Shown here: positions 1 to 9,466 of the stretch, piece by piece
How the letters are laid out: every line of letters begins with the position of its first letter
Position numbering within the stretch: position 1 is the stretch's first letter
NCBI GenBank assembly: GCA_963847705.1
Contig: CAWKBC010000040.1
Span: forward strand, 96,001 to 160,000
DNA from: an uncultured Pseudomonadota bacterium
Lineage (GTDB): Bacteria; Myxococcota_A; Polyangia; Fen-1088
DNA: 64,000 nt
Direction of reading: 5' to 3'
The notes under the pieces: generated by a model
What the model saw: only the letters and a program-made list of their open reading frames with translations
Database searches by the model: none
Told to the model about the DNA's origin: nothing
Made by a program: the position numbers and the translations under genes

Positions 1-1
1 G

Positions 2-844
2 TTGAAGATGGTGGTCGACGCCTCGATGGGCGCCCGCATCACGGAGTTTTCGCTGGACGGGACCAACGTCCTGACCGGCCCCGACGTCGACCCGGAGAAC
101 TACGGCGGAACGTACTGGCCGAGCCCACAATCGAGCTGGTGCCAATCGGGCACCGGTTGCTGGCCCCCGATCGGCCCTCTCGACAGCCGGATGTACACCG
201 GCAGCTTCGACCCGACCACCAACGTCATCCAGCTGACCAGCGGCACGGCGTTGATCGTCGCGTTCCCGGACTCGGCCGTCACCGTGACCAAGCAATTCAC
301 GCCCGTCCCCGCCAGCGGCGCGGTCGACGTCACCTACACGCTCAGCAACGTCTCGTCGAGCGTGGCCATCTCGGTCGCCCCCTGGCAGGTGAGCCGCGTG
401 CAGGAGACCGGCGGCCTGACGTTCTTCGCGTCACCCGACGGTTCGGCCACCTACGCCGACGGCAGTGACCCGGCCTTCATGTTGGCCGACGCGGGCGGTA
501 ATCTCTGGTACCAGTCGTCCGCCGTCGCCACCGACTCGAAAGCGCTGGCCGACGGCTCGGGCTGGATGGCGCACGTGACGGCGGGGGGCCTTCTCTACCT
601 GCTGGCGTATCCAGACATCCAGCCGGCCGAGGCCGCGCCCGGCGAAGCAGAGGTCGAGGTCTTCACCGGACCCGAAGCCGACTACCAGGAGATGGAGACG
701 CAGGGGGCCTACACCAACGTCCCGCCGGGCGGAGCGCTGGTCTGGACCGTGCGCTGGAAGTTGCGCCGGGTGCCGAGCGGCACCTCGGTCGCCGTCGGCA
801 GCGCGGACCTCATCGCGCTCACCACCGCGGCGCTCGCCGAGTAG
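2..844 (+). CDS. DUF4380-like / galactose-mutarotase-fold protein (5' end probably outside the window)
   Basis: ORF open at window edge; 'GARITEFSLDGTNVL', 'NYGGTYWPSPQSSW' and 'YQEMETQG' resemble this family. Confidence 0.55.
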   Translation: MKMVVDASMGARITEFSLDGTNVLTGPDVDPENYGGTYWPSPQSSWCQSGTGCWPPIGPLDSRMYTGSFDPTTNVIQLTSGTALIVAFPDSAVTVTKQFTPVPASGAVDVTYTLSNVSSSVAISVAPWQVSRVQETGGLTFFASPDGSATYADGSDPAFMLADAGGNLWYQSSAVATDSKALADGSGWMAHVTAGGLLYLLAYPDIQPAEAAPGEAEVEVFTGPEADYQEMETQGAYTNVPPGGALVWTVRWKLRRVPSGTSVAVGSADLIALTTAALAE

Positions 845-860
845 TCGGCCCGGAGCGGCG

Positions 861-1523
861 TCAGCGCGTCGCGCTCATGGCCCGCTTGGGCTTCTGGCCG
901 TAGCCGGCGAATTTCTGCGCCACCGCTTCCATCTCGCGCGCCGAGAGAAGAACCGGCGCGCCGATCGAGCGGGCCACGACGTATTGCGTGCAGAGCGCCT
1001 CGACCTCCTCGGCCAGGAGACGCGCGCCGGGGAGGTCGGCGGCCACCACCACCAGCCCGTGGTTGGCGAGCAGGCAGGCGCGGCGGCCGGTCAGCGCCGC
1101 CAGCGCGTTCTTCGACAGGGCGTCCGTTCCGTAGGTGGCGTAGCGCGCGCAGCGAAGCTCGCGGCCGCCTGTCTTGGCGAGCATGTAGTGGAACGCGGGA
1201 ATCGGACGGCGCAGGCAGGAGAGCGCCGTCGCCACGGTCGAGTGGGTGTGGACGATCGCCCCCACGCCCGGCCGATGCCGGTAGATGTCGCGATGCAGGC
1301 GCCATTCGCTGGACGGCAGCAGGTCGCCGCGCGTCCGGCCGTCGAGCCCGACCTCCACCATGTCGGCCGCGCGCAGCTCGTCGCAGGCGATCCCGGTCGG
1401 CGTCACCAGGAATCCGTCCGAGGCGCGGCAGGAGACGTTTCCCGAGGTGCCGGCGTAGAGGCGGCGCTCGGCCAGCCAGCGCACCGTCTCCAGGATCTGG
1501 CGGCGACGCTTGGTCGAGCTCAC
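861..1523 (-). CDS. Class II aldolase (FucA-like; probable methylthio-/deoxy-ribulose-1-phosphate aldolase, Ald2 type)
   Basis: GTSGNVS, PSSEWRLH, HTHS and NHG metal-binding motifs; start overlaps the mtnA stop. Confidence 0.8.
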   Translation of the reverse strand: MSSTKRRRQILETVRWLAERRLYAGTSGNVSCRASDGFLVTPTGIACDELRAADMVEVGLDGRTRGDLLPSSEWRLHRDIYRHRPGVGAIVHTHSTVATALSCLRRPIPAFHYMLAKTGGRELRCARYATYGTDALSKNALAALTGRRACLLANHGLVVVAADLPGARLLAEEVEALCTQYVVARSIGAPVLLSAREMEAVAQKFAGYGQKPKRAMSATR

Positions 1524-2620
1524 GCGCGCGACCTCGCCGCGTGCTCCGGAAACAGCGCCGCCAGCCCCGCGCGGGTGGCAGGCGCGAGGCCCCGCTCGGT
1601 GATGATGCCGGTGACCAGCCGCGCGGGCGTCACGTCGAAGCCGGGGTTCGCGACCGGCGTCCCCTCGGGCGCCAACCGCACGGTCGCGATCGCGCCTGCC
1701 GTGCCACGCCCGGAGAGCTCGACGACCTCCGCCGCCGCGCGCTCCTCGATCACCACCTCGTGCCCGTCGGCCACCGTCCAGTCGATCGACGACGACGGCG
1801 CCGCGACGTAGAACGGCACCCCGCAGTCGCGCGCCGCCAGCGCCTTCAGGTAGGTCCCGATCTTGTTGACGACGTCCCCGGTGGCGGTGGTGCGATCGGT
1901 GCCGACCAGGACCAGGTCGACCTGCCTGCGCTGCATCAGGTGGCCGCCGGCGTTGTCGACGATCAGCGTGTGGGGGACGCCGTGTTGCCCGAGCTCCCAG
2001 GCGGTCAGCGCCGCGCCCTGGTTGCGCGGCCGCGTCTCGTCGACCCAGACGTGCACCGGCAGGCCCGCGTCGTGGGCCGCGTAGACGCCCGCCAGCGCCG
2101 TCCCGCGATCGACGGTCGCCAGCCAGCCCGCGTTGCAGTGCGTGAGCACGTTGACCGGCGTCCGGGGCGCGCGCGCCGCGGCCAGGCGGCGAATGACCGC
2201 CAGCGCGTGGTCGCCGATCGCCCGGTTCACCGCCACGTCCTCGTCGGCCAGCGCGTCGGCGCGGGCGCGGGCGGCGGCGGCGCGCGCCGCTTGCGGCAAG
2301 GGTGCCAGCGTGGCGGCCATGGTTTCGAGCGCCCAGCGCAGGTTCACGGCGGTCGGCCGGGTGGCCAGCAGCGCCGCGCAGGCGGCCTGCAATCCGTCAT
2401 CAGAGGGATCGACCCGCATGGCCAACCAGACGCCGTACGCCGCCGCCGCTCCGATGAGAGGCGCGCCCCGCACCTGCATGGTGGCGATGGCGCGCGCCAC
2501 CTCGGCAGCGGTTCGCAACGGGCGCACCGTGAAATCGTGGGGCAGCGCCGTCTGATCGATGATCTCGACGACGTCATCGGTCACCCAGATCGTGCGTGTC
2601 GGTTGGCCTCGAACGTTCAT
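1520..2620 (-). CDS. mtnA: S-methyl-5-thioribose-1-phosphate isomerase
   Basis: DQTALP, MQVRGAPLIG, RPTAVNL, LTHCNAGWLAT, DETRPRNQGA, NKIGTY, NPGFDVTP; start placed at ATG 2620. Confidence 0.93.
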   Translation of the reverse strand: MNVRGQPTRTIWVTDDVVEIIDQTALPHDFTVRPLRTAAEVARAIATMQVRGAPLIGAAAAYGVWLAMRVDPSDDGLQAACAALLATRPTAVNLRWALETMAATLAPLPQAARAAAARARADALADEDVAVNRAIGDHALAVIRRLAAARAPRTPVNVLTHCNAGWLATVDRGTALAGVYAAHDAGLPVHVWVDETRPRNQGAALTAWELGQHGVPHTLIVDNAGGHLMQRRQVDLVLVGTDRTTATGDVVNKIGTYLKALAARDCGVPFYVAAPSSSIDWTVADGHEVVIEERAAAEVVELSGRGTAGAIATVRLAPEGTPVANPGFDVTPARLVTGIITERGLAPATRAGLAALFPEHAARSRA

Positions 2621-2675
2621 CGTTGATCGCTCCGCGACCAGGGACGCTATCGCATCTGCCGGCGTCCGCCAGACC

Positions 2676-4646
2676 TCAGAGCGCGATGGCGCGCGGGGCC
2701 TCGCGCGCCTCACGTCGTTCGACGAAGAGCGCGACCTGCTCGACCGGCATCGGCCGACCGAAGTAGTAACCCTGCAGGTAGTCGCAGCCCGAGTCGGCCA
2801 GCCGCGCGGCCTGCTCCGCCGTCTCCACCCCCTCGGCGATCACCCGCAGGCTCATGGTGTGCGCCAGCGCGATGATGGAGTCGACGATGGAGCGGCTGGT
2901 CTCGTCGCGATTCATGTCCTTCACGAACTCGCGATCGATCTTGAGCGCGTCGAGCGGCATGCGCTGCAGCTGGCTGAGCGACGAATAGCCGGTGCCGAAG
3001 TCGTCCATGTAGATGAGGATGCCCATCGCGCGCAGCCGCGCCATGGTCTCGATGGTCTGGGCGGCGTTCTGCATGGCCGCCGTCTCGGTGACCTCCAGGC
3101 GCAGGCTGTGCGGCGCCAGGCCGGTCTCCTCGAGGATCTGGGCGACGTCGTCCACCACGGCCGGCGACACGAACTGCCGGTGGGAGATGTTGACCCCCAC
3201 CGCCATCTGCGCCAGCGCCGGGATCTCGCGCTGCCACCGGCGCAGCTGCAGGCAGGCGTTGGCCAGCACCAGCTTGCCCAGCGGCACGATGAGGCCGGTC
3301 TCCTCGGCGACGGAGATGAACGCGTCGGGCATCACCAGCCCGCGCACCGGGTGGCGCCAGCGCACCAGCGCCTCCAGCGCCGCCAGCCGCCCGGCGCCGT
3401 CGACAATCGGCTGGTAGTGAAGCTCGAACTCGTCGCGCTCGATGGCCCGCCGGAGCTCCGTCTCCGTCGACCAGCGGGTCATGGCGCGCTGGTGCATCTG
3501 CGGGTCGAACACGCAGGTGCAGCTCTTGCCCGCCTGCTTCGCCTGGTAGAGCGCGATGTCCGCGTCGCGCAGCACCTCCTCCGGCCGGGCGTAGCCGCCG
3601 TCGCTGGTGGCGACGCCGATGCTCCCGCGGGCCACCAGATCGTGAGCGCCCAGGTTGAACGGCTCCGCCAGCGCGCTGTGGATGCGCTCGGCCACCCGCA
3701 AGGCGTCCTCGGGCGCGGCCAGATCCTCCAGCAGCATCACGAACTCGTCGCCGCCGATCCGGGCCACGTGATCGCCCGGGATGCGGGCGATGGTGTCGAC
3801 CTTGCGGGCGCAGGCCGAGAGTCGCCGCGCCACCTCGATGAGCAGCTTGTCGCCGATCTGGTGGCCCAGGCTGTCGTTGATGACCTTGAACTCGTCGAGA
3901 TCGATGTAGAGGAGCGCGAACCGGTTGTCGGGATCCCGGTTGCTGCGGGCCAGGCTGTGGGTCAGGCGGTCCGCCAGCAGGCTGCGGTTGGCCAGGCCAG
4001 TGAGCGAATCGTGCAGCGCCTCGAAGCGCAGCTGCTCCTCGGCCAGCTTGCGGTCGGTGATGTTGGTGAGCGAGCCGGCGGCCCGCAGGGTGTCGCGCTC
4101 GGGGTCCTTGACGGCGATGCCCCGGCAGAGCACCCAGCGGTACTGGCCGTCGCGGTGGCGGATGCGAAACTCCGACGACAGGTTCTCCTTGTCCTGACGG
4201 AGGTGCACGTCGATGTCGGCGCGCAGCCGCGGCAGATCGTCGGCGTGGACGCGATCGAGCCATTCGCCGAGCCCGTCGCCGATCTCCGCCTCGTCGTAAC
4301 CCAGCATCGCCTTCCAGCGGGTCGAGTAGTAGACGCGGCCGGTCTCGACGTCCCAGTCCCACAGCCCGTCGTTGGCCCCCTGAGCGGCGAGCGTGTAGCG
4401 GTACTCGGTGCGCTTGCGCTGCTCCACCTCGGCCAGGAGGCGCTCCTGCGTCGCCGCCAGCGTGCGGTTGCGCTCGAACAGCTCGTGCGACGACAGCTCC
4501 ATGGCGCGCTCGACGAGCTGCCGGTCCTGGTCCTGTTGCTGGTAGGCCTCGCTCACCGCCTGCAAGAGACGCTGGAGCTCGGGCCCCGCCTCGCCGCGGA
4601 AATGTTTCCGCAGCTGACGCTCCAGCAGTCTGTGCATGTTCGGCAT
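2676..4646 (-). CDS. PAS-GGDEF-EAL diguanylate cyclase/phosphodiesterase with N-terminal helical module
   Basis: PAS (DGLWDWD...RVHADD), intact ARIGGDEF, EALVRW, DDFGTGYSSL, AEGVET. Confidence 0.93.
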   Translation of the reverse strand: MPNMHRLLERQLRKHFRGEAGPELQRLLQAVSEAYQQQDQDRQLVERAMELSSHELFERNRTLAATQERLLAEVEQRKRTEYRYTLAAQGANDGLWDWDVETGRVYYSTRWKAMLGYDEAEIGDGLGEWLDRVHADDLPRLRADIDVHLRQDKENLSSEFRIRHRDGQYRWVLCRGIAVKDPERDTLRAAGSLTNITDRKLAEEQLRFEALHDSLTGLANRSLLADRLTHSLARSNRDPDNRFALLYIDLDEFKVINDSLGHQIGDKLLIEVARRLSACARKVDTIARIPGDHVARIGGDEFVMLLEDLAAPEDALRVAERIHSALAEPFNLGAHDLVARGSIGVATSDGGYARPEEVLRDADIALYQAKQAGKSCTCVFDPQMHQRAMTRWSTETELRRAIERDEFELHYQPIVDGAGRLAALEALVRWRHPVRGLVMPDAFISVAEETGLIVPLGKLVLANACLQLRRWQREIPALAQMAVGVNISHRQFVSPAVVDDVAQILEETGLAPHSLRLEVTETAAMQNAAQTIETMARLRAMGILIYMDDFGTGYSSLSQLQRMPLDALKIDREFVKDMNRDETSRSIVDSIIALAHTMSLRVIAEGVETAEQAARLADSGCDYLQGYYFGRPMPVEQVALFVERREAREAPRAIAL

Positions 4647-4682
4647 GCTCCTGGGCTCCGGTGTTGCGCGCGGCGGCCGCGC

Positions 4683-5816
4683 CTAGATCTCGCTGAAGAG
4701 GGTGACGGACATCGACTGGTTCTGCAGCGTGCACGGCGCCCCCGGCGCCGCCGGCGAGAGCTCGCCATAGGCGTAGAAGCCGGCGGTGTGGGTCTCCGGA
4801 GCCAGCGCCTCGATCACACCTTCCACCTCTTCCTCGACGCGCTGCTTGAGGAGCTGCTTGCGCCCGACGCAGCTGATCAAGATGCCCAGCTCCGCGGGGA
4901 CGCCGAGCATCTGCTGGCTGGCGCGGCCCGCGGCGCAGGCGCCGTCGACCAGGCGATCGAAGTTCGCGTGCATGAGCCGGACGAAGGACCCTTCCGGCAC
5001 GTCTCCCGCGAAGATCATGCTCTGCGCGCCGTCGTCGATCCCCACCACCGCGCGCGTCACGCTCTCGCCGCTGATCGGATCGCGCACCGTCAGCGGGAAC
5101 AACAGGCCGCTGGCCGGCAGGTTCTTGGCGTGCTCGCCCAGGTACTTTTTGTAAAGCTCCAGCGCGCTCCGCCCGTCCAGCTCGTAGAGCACGTTGCCGG
5201 AGGCGCGGGTGACCAGCCGTTCGGGCCCGAACGGGTCCCACCCGCCCATCGAGCTCCAGCCGACCCGCAGACGATCGCCGTAGAAACCGACCACCACGCT
5301 GCGGCGCTCGGCGACCGAGTCGCCAGCGCAGACAAAGGTGTGGCCGAAGCGCTCGCCGTCGCCCGACCGCCCTCCGGTGGTGGCCACCCCTGCAGGAAGG
5401 GCGGACGACAGGCCGTGAACCAGATCGGTGCCGTTGACGCCGAGGCCGTCCGACAGGACGAAGGTGTGCACCAACCCAGCGTGGGGAATGGCGTTGGCCA
5501 GCTGCCGTCCGGCCGCCAGGCTGTCGCCGCCGCTGTCGATGGTGACCTCGGCGGCCCGCAGCTCGCTCTTCTCCAGCTTGATCGCCGTGACCACCACCGA
5601 ATCATCTCTGACCTCCTTGCCGACGATCTCGCCCGCGGTGGAGCCGCCGCAGACGTAGGCGTTGGGATAGCGGGCGCGAATCTCGGAGAGGCGCGCGGCG
5701 ATCATCGGCCCGGTGGAACCGAACACCAGCGCCAGATCGATCTCGCCGGAGGCGGGACCGCCCGCTTCGTGCGTCCAGCCCGAACCTCGTGACCAGACAG
5801 AGCGATTCGCCTTCAC
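4683..5816 (-). CDS. FIST-domain (NosP-like) sensor protein, paralog 1
   Basis: GGSTAGEI, FVLSDGLGVNG, GGWDPFGP, ISCVGRK, GFYAYGE; GTG start at 5816 after a GGAGGAG RBS. Confidence 0.9.
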   Translation of the reverse strand: MKANRSVWSRGSGWTHEAGGPASGEIDLALVFGSTGPMIAARLSEIRARYPNAYVCGGSTAGEIVGKEVRDDSVVVTAIKLEKSELRAAEVTIDSGGDSLAAGRQLANAIPHAGLVHTFVLSDGLGVNGTDLVHGLSSALPAGVATTGGRSGDGERFGHTFVCAGDSVAERRSVVVGFYGDRLRVGWSSMGGWDPFGPERLVTRASGNVLYELDGRSALELYKKYLGEHAKNLPASGLLFPLTVRDPISGESVTRAVVGIDDGAQSMIFAGDVPEGSFVRLMHANFDRLVDGACAAGRASQQMLGVPAELGILISCVGRKQLLKQRVEEEVEGVIEALAPETHTAGFYAYGELSPAAPGAPCTLQNQSMSVTLFSEI

Positions 5817-5994
5817 GGAGCTCTCCTCCCCGACACGTATGGTCGACAGACCCACTGTCGGCGGGATTGCGTGCCGGCTTGAGGCCGCCAGGCCCCTTCG
5901 GCGCGTCTCATTGTCACGGCAGCCCCGGCGGCTTTACTCGGCTCCTGCGCTGGGCAACACTGCGGAGCTTCAGGTCCAGGGGGAGGAGGCACGG

Positions 5995-7131
5995 ATGCAA
6001 ACGGCGCAGATGCAATGGCTTCCGCGAGTCGGATGGAGGCCAACTGATTTTTTGGATGCGAAGTGGAAGCCCGACGTGGTCTTCGCCTTCGGGTCCCGCA
6101 ACGTCCTCAACGACGCCGGGTGCATGGACGCCCTGCGCGCGGCCTTTCCCGAGGTCCCGCTCCTCGGATGTTCGACGGCCGGCGAGATCTGCGGGACGAC
6201 GGTGCAAGACGGCACCCTCTCCGTGACGGCGGTGCGATTCGATCACACGCAGCTTCGTTTCGCGCGGGAGGTGGTGTCGGATCGATCGCAAGCGGGCTCG
6301 GCGGCGCGCGCGATCGCCAAGGCGCTCGACCACCAAGAGCTGGTGAGCGTGTTCGTTCTCAGCGACGGCCTCAACGTTCACGGGCCAGATCTCCTGGCCG
6401 GCCTCACCGAGGCCTTTCCGCCGGGCGTCGTGGTCACGGGTGGGATGGCCGCGGACGGCTCCGAGTTTTGTCGGACCCTGGTTCTGTCGGGGCAGGGTGT
6501 CGAGAACAACACGGTGGTCGCGGTGGGGTTCTACGGAACGCGCCTCCAGGTCGGACATGGCACGGGCGGCGGGTGGGATCCCTTCGGCCCCTTTCGTCGC
6601 GTGACGCGGGCCACGGGAAATGTGCTGCACGAGCTCGACGGAAAATCGGCGCTGGCCCTCTACAAGCGGTATCTCGGCGAGCACGCGGCGGGCTTGCCGG
6701 GCTCCGCCTTCTTCTTCCCGCTCTCGGTGAGCCGGACGCGCGACGGGCGGGCCGTGGTGCGCACGGTGATCTCGATCGACGAGGAGGCCCAGACGATGTC
6801 GTTCGGAGGCGACATCCCCGAAGGAGGATACGCGCAGCTCATGCGCGCCAACGTCGACCGGCTGGTGGACGGCGCTCTGGCGGCGGCCCACGCCACCCAG
6901 GAAGGGGGCGCCCAGCAGCCGAGCCTGGCGATGCTGATCAGCTGCTCGGGGCGACGCCTGGTCCTCCGTCAGCGCGTCGAGGACGAGATCGAGGCCGTGC
7001 GCGAGGTGCTGGGCCCCAGCACGACGATTTCGGGATTCTATTCGTACGGTGAATTCGCGCCCAGCTCTCGGGGGGCGAGCTGCGAGCTGCACAATCAAAC
7101 CATGACCCTGGTTACCCTGGCCGAAGTGTAG
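5995..7131 (+). CDS. FIST-domain (NosP-like) sensor protein, paralog 2
   Basis: GCSTAGEI, FVLSDGLNVHG, GGWDPFGP, ISCSGRR, GFYSYGE, LHNQT; ATG 5995 after GGAGGAGG. Confidence 0.9.
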   Translation: MQTAQMQWLPRVGWRPTDFLDAKWKPDVVFAFGSRNVLNDAGCMDALRAAFPEVPLLGCSTAGEICGTTVQDGTLSVTAVRFDHTQLRFAREVVSDRSQAGSAARAIAKALDHQELVSVFVLSDGLNVHGPDLLAGLTEAFPPGVVVTGGMAADGSEFCRTLVLSGQGVENNTVVAVGFYGTRLQVGHGTGGGWDPFGPFRRVTRATGNVLHELDGKSALALYKRYLGEHAAGLPGSAFFFPLSVSRTRDGRAVVRTVISIDEEAQTMSFGGDIPEGGYAQLMRANVDRLVDGALAAAHATQEGGAQQPSLAMLISCSGRRLVLRQRVEDEIEAVREVLGPSTTISGFYSYGEFAPSSRGASCELHNQTMTLVTLAEV

Positions 7132-8439
7132 ATGGTGGCGGATTTCCACGCGCTGCTGCGCAGACAGCTTCGCAAGCACTTCGGGAGCGCAGAACCGCTG
7201 GAGTCGATGCGGTCGTTCATCGAAGCGGTGAATGAGGCTTACTTCCAGGCCGACGACGAGCGGATGATGATGGAGAGAGCCTTCGAGCTCTCGTCGCAGG
7301 AGATTCTCGATGCGAACGCCGAGCTCGCCGCCGCGCTGGAGGCGCTTGGACGGGCGGCGGAGCAGAGCGCGGAGGCCAGCCGGGCGAAGGACGAATTCCT
7401 GGCCATGCTGGGCCATGAGCTGCGGAACCCGCTGGCGCCGATCGTGACCACGCTCGATCTGGCGAAGGTCAAGGGTATCCCGACCATCGAAGCCCGAGAC
7501 ATCGAGCGCCCGGTCCGGCAGGTCCTGCGTCTGGTCGACGATCTGCTCGACATCGCTCGCGTGGCGCGCGGCGGGCTGGTGCTGGAGAAGCGTCCTCTCG
7601 AGCTGGCTCTGGTCGTTCGCAATGCGGTGGGGGCGATCCGTCCAGCGGTGTTGCAGCGAGGGCATCTTCTTCGCGTCGAGGTCCCCGAGGAGGGCCTGGT
7701 CGTGGACGGCGACGAGGCGCGGCTGACCCAGGTCGTGACCAACCTTCTGATTAATTCTGTGCGTTACACCGAGACGGGCGGCGCGATCACCATCGCGGCC
7801 TGGCGGGACGGCGAGGAGGCGGTCCTGCAGGTCCGCGACAACGGTCAGGGGATCGAGGCCGAGAGGCTGCCGCACATCTTCGATTCGTTCGGGAAGGCGC
7901 GCCCTCCGGGGGGCTCCGGGCTCGGCCTCGGGCTGACCATCGTGCACAACTTGATGGAGCTCCACGGCGGAACTGCGACGGCCCAGAGCGACGGACCCGG
8001 GAAGGGCGCGACGTTCGAGGTTCGCCTGAAGACCTTCGCCGCGCCGGTGCGGGCAGAGCCGGTCCCCCCCAGGCCACCGCCCGCGGTGCGGAGACGCAGA
8101 ATCCTCATCGTCGACGACAACCGCGAGGCGGCCAACCTCATCGGTGAGGCCCTGAGGCTCTCGGGGCATGAGGTGGCGCTCGCCTACCAGGCGGACGAGG
8201 CGTTGCTCCGCGTCGAGCGCTTCACGCCCGACGTGGCCTTGCTCGACGTCGGGCTGGCCGGTATGAGCGGCCACGATCTGGGCGAGGAGCTGCGGCTGCG
8301 AAACGCCACGCTGAAGCTCGTCGCCATCACGGGCTACGGCCAGCCGTCCGATCGTGAGGCGAGCCGGCGGGCCGGTTTCGCCGCCCACCTGGTCAAGCCG
8401 GTGGGCCTCAGGGAGCTGCTGGAGGTCATCAGCGGCTGA
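7132..8439 (+). CDS. Cytoplasmic hybrid histidine kinase (N-terminal module-HisKA-HATPase-REC)
   Basis: HELRNPL H-box, DNGQGI, GLGLGL, receiver with DDN/LLD/KP; starts immediately after the FIST stop. Confidence 0.92.
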   Translation: MVADFHALLRRQLRKHFGSAEPLESMRSFIEAVNEAYFQADDERMMMERAFELSSQEILDANAELAAALEALGRAAEQSAEASRAKDEFLAMLGHELRNPLAPIVTTLDLAKVKGIPTIEARDIERPVRQVLRLVDDLLDIARVARGGLVLEKRPLELALVVRNAVGAIRPAVLQRGHLLRVEVPEEGLVVDGDEARLTQVVTNLLINSVRYTETGGAITIAAWRDGEEAVLQVRDNGQGIEAERLPHIFDSFGKARPPGGSGLGLGLTIVHNLMELHGGTATAQSDGPGKGATFEVRLKTFAAPVRAEPVPPRPPPAVRRRRILIVDDNREAANLIGEALRLSGHEVALAYQADEALLRVERFTPDVALLDVGLAGMSGHDLGEELRLRNATLKLVAITGYGQPSDREASRRAGFAAHLVKPVGLRELLEVISG

Positions 8440-8521
8440 TCCTGGCCCTCGTCGGTGATGCCAGCGTGAACTCGCGATCGGTCGTCACCGGATCGGAGCC
8501 GCCTGATTCAATCGCCGGCCG

Positions 8522-9349
8522 TCAGCCGTACTGGACCGCCGAGACGCGCGCGCTCATCAGGTCTTCGTTGAAGGTGATGCGTCCGGTGTCGTCGCCCGCG
8601 GCGCCCGCCACGACCATCAGGGGGATGAGGTGCTCTTCGCGCGGGTGTGCGTGCCGGGCGCCCGGCGCCGAGGTCCAATCCGCCAGCCGGCGCGCGCGGG
8701 TCTCGGGGGCGGCCGTGGCCGCCTCCTTGAGCCAGGCGTCGAAGATCAGCGAGGCCTGATGCGCCGTCGTCGTTCCGAAGTCGCGCATGTTGTGGTAGCT
8801 CATCCCGCTGCCGAGGATGAGCACCCCCTCGTCGCGCAGCGGCGCCAGCGCCCGCCCGATCTCCAGGTGCTCGCGCGGATCGAGCCCCGCCTTCAGCGAG
8901 AGCTGGATCGTCGGCACGTCGGCCTCGGGCCAGGAGAGCTTGAACGGCACGAAACAGCCGTGGTCGAACCCCCGGCGCGCGTCGGTCTTCGCGGGGATGC
9001 CCGCGTCGCCGAGAAGCTGCACCACACGTTCGGCGAGCGCCGGGCTCCCGGGCGCGGGCCAGGTGATCGTGTACGCCTCGGGCGGAAAGCCGCCGTAGTC
9101 GTAGTACATCGGCGGCTGCGGCGACGTCATGACGGTCGGCGCGCTCGCCTCCCAGTGGGCCGAGACGACGAGCAGGGCCTTCGGCGGCGCCGGAAGCTGC
9201 TCCGGCAGCTTCACGAAGTAATCGCGCAAGGCCGCGACGTCTCGGGCGGGCATGAAGCCACCCATGTCGACGAAGGGCCACGGGCCGCCCCCGTGCGGGA
9301 CGTACACGACCGGCTGGCGCACGCGGGTGGGTTCGATTCGGTCGCTCAT
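8522..9349 (-). CDS. LigB/DODA-type extradiol ring-cleavage dioxygenase
   Basis: PHGGGP, VSAHWE, YDYGGFP, RGFDHG, GSGMSYHN, HPREEHLIPL. Confidence 0.88.
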   Translation of the reverse strand: MSDRIEPTRVRQPVVYVPHGGGPWPFVDMGGFMPARDVAALRDYFVKLPEQLPAPPKALLVVSAHWEASAPTVMTSPQPPMYYDYGGFPPEAYTITWPAPGSPALAERVVQLLGDAGIPAKTDARRGFDHGCFVPFKLSWPEADVPTIQLSLKAGLDPREHLEIGRALAPLRDEGVLILGSGMSYHNMRDFGTTTAHQASLIFDAWLKEAATAAPETRARRLADWTSAPGARHAHPREEHLIPLMVVAGAAGDDTGRITFNEDLMSARVSAVQYG

Positions 9350-9421
9350 GGCTGCTTCACGTTGGATACCAGGACGCGCGAAAGGTCACGGCCTTTCGCG
9401 ATCTGAAGCGCAGCCGTCATC

Positions 9422-9462
9422 GCCACGCTCGTGCCACGCTGGGGCCACGCCGGGGCCAAGCT
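9422..9462. promoter_or_regulatory. Four direct repeats with 11-bp period upstream of the dioxygenase
   Basis: GCCACGCT (9422), GCCACGCT (9433), GCCACGCC (9444), GCCAAGCT (9455). Confidence 0.45.
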
Positions 9463-9466
9463 CGGG

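Noticed and set aside
2559-5792. 1077-aa plus-strand ORF
   Set aside because: Antisense shadow of the GGDEF-EAL and FIST genes; high-GC codon bias removes stops, and it has no motifs.
5914-8388. 824-aa minus-strand ORF and similar long overlapping ORFs elsewhere
   Set aside because: They lie opposite well-supported genes and have no recognisable domains.
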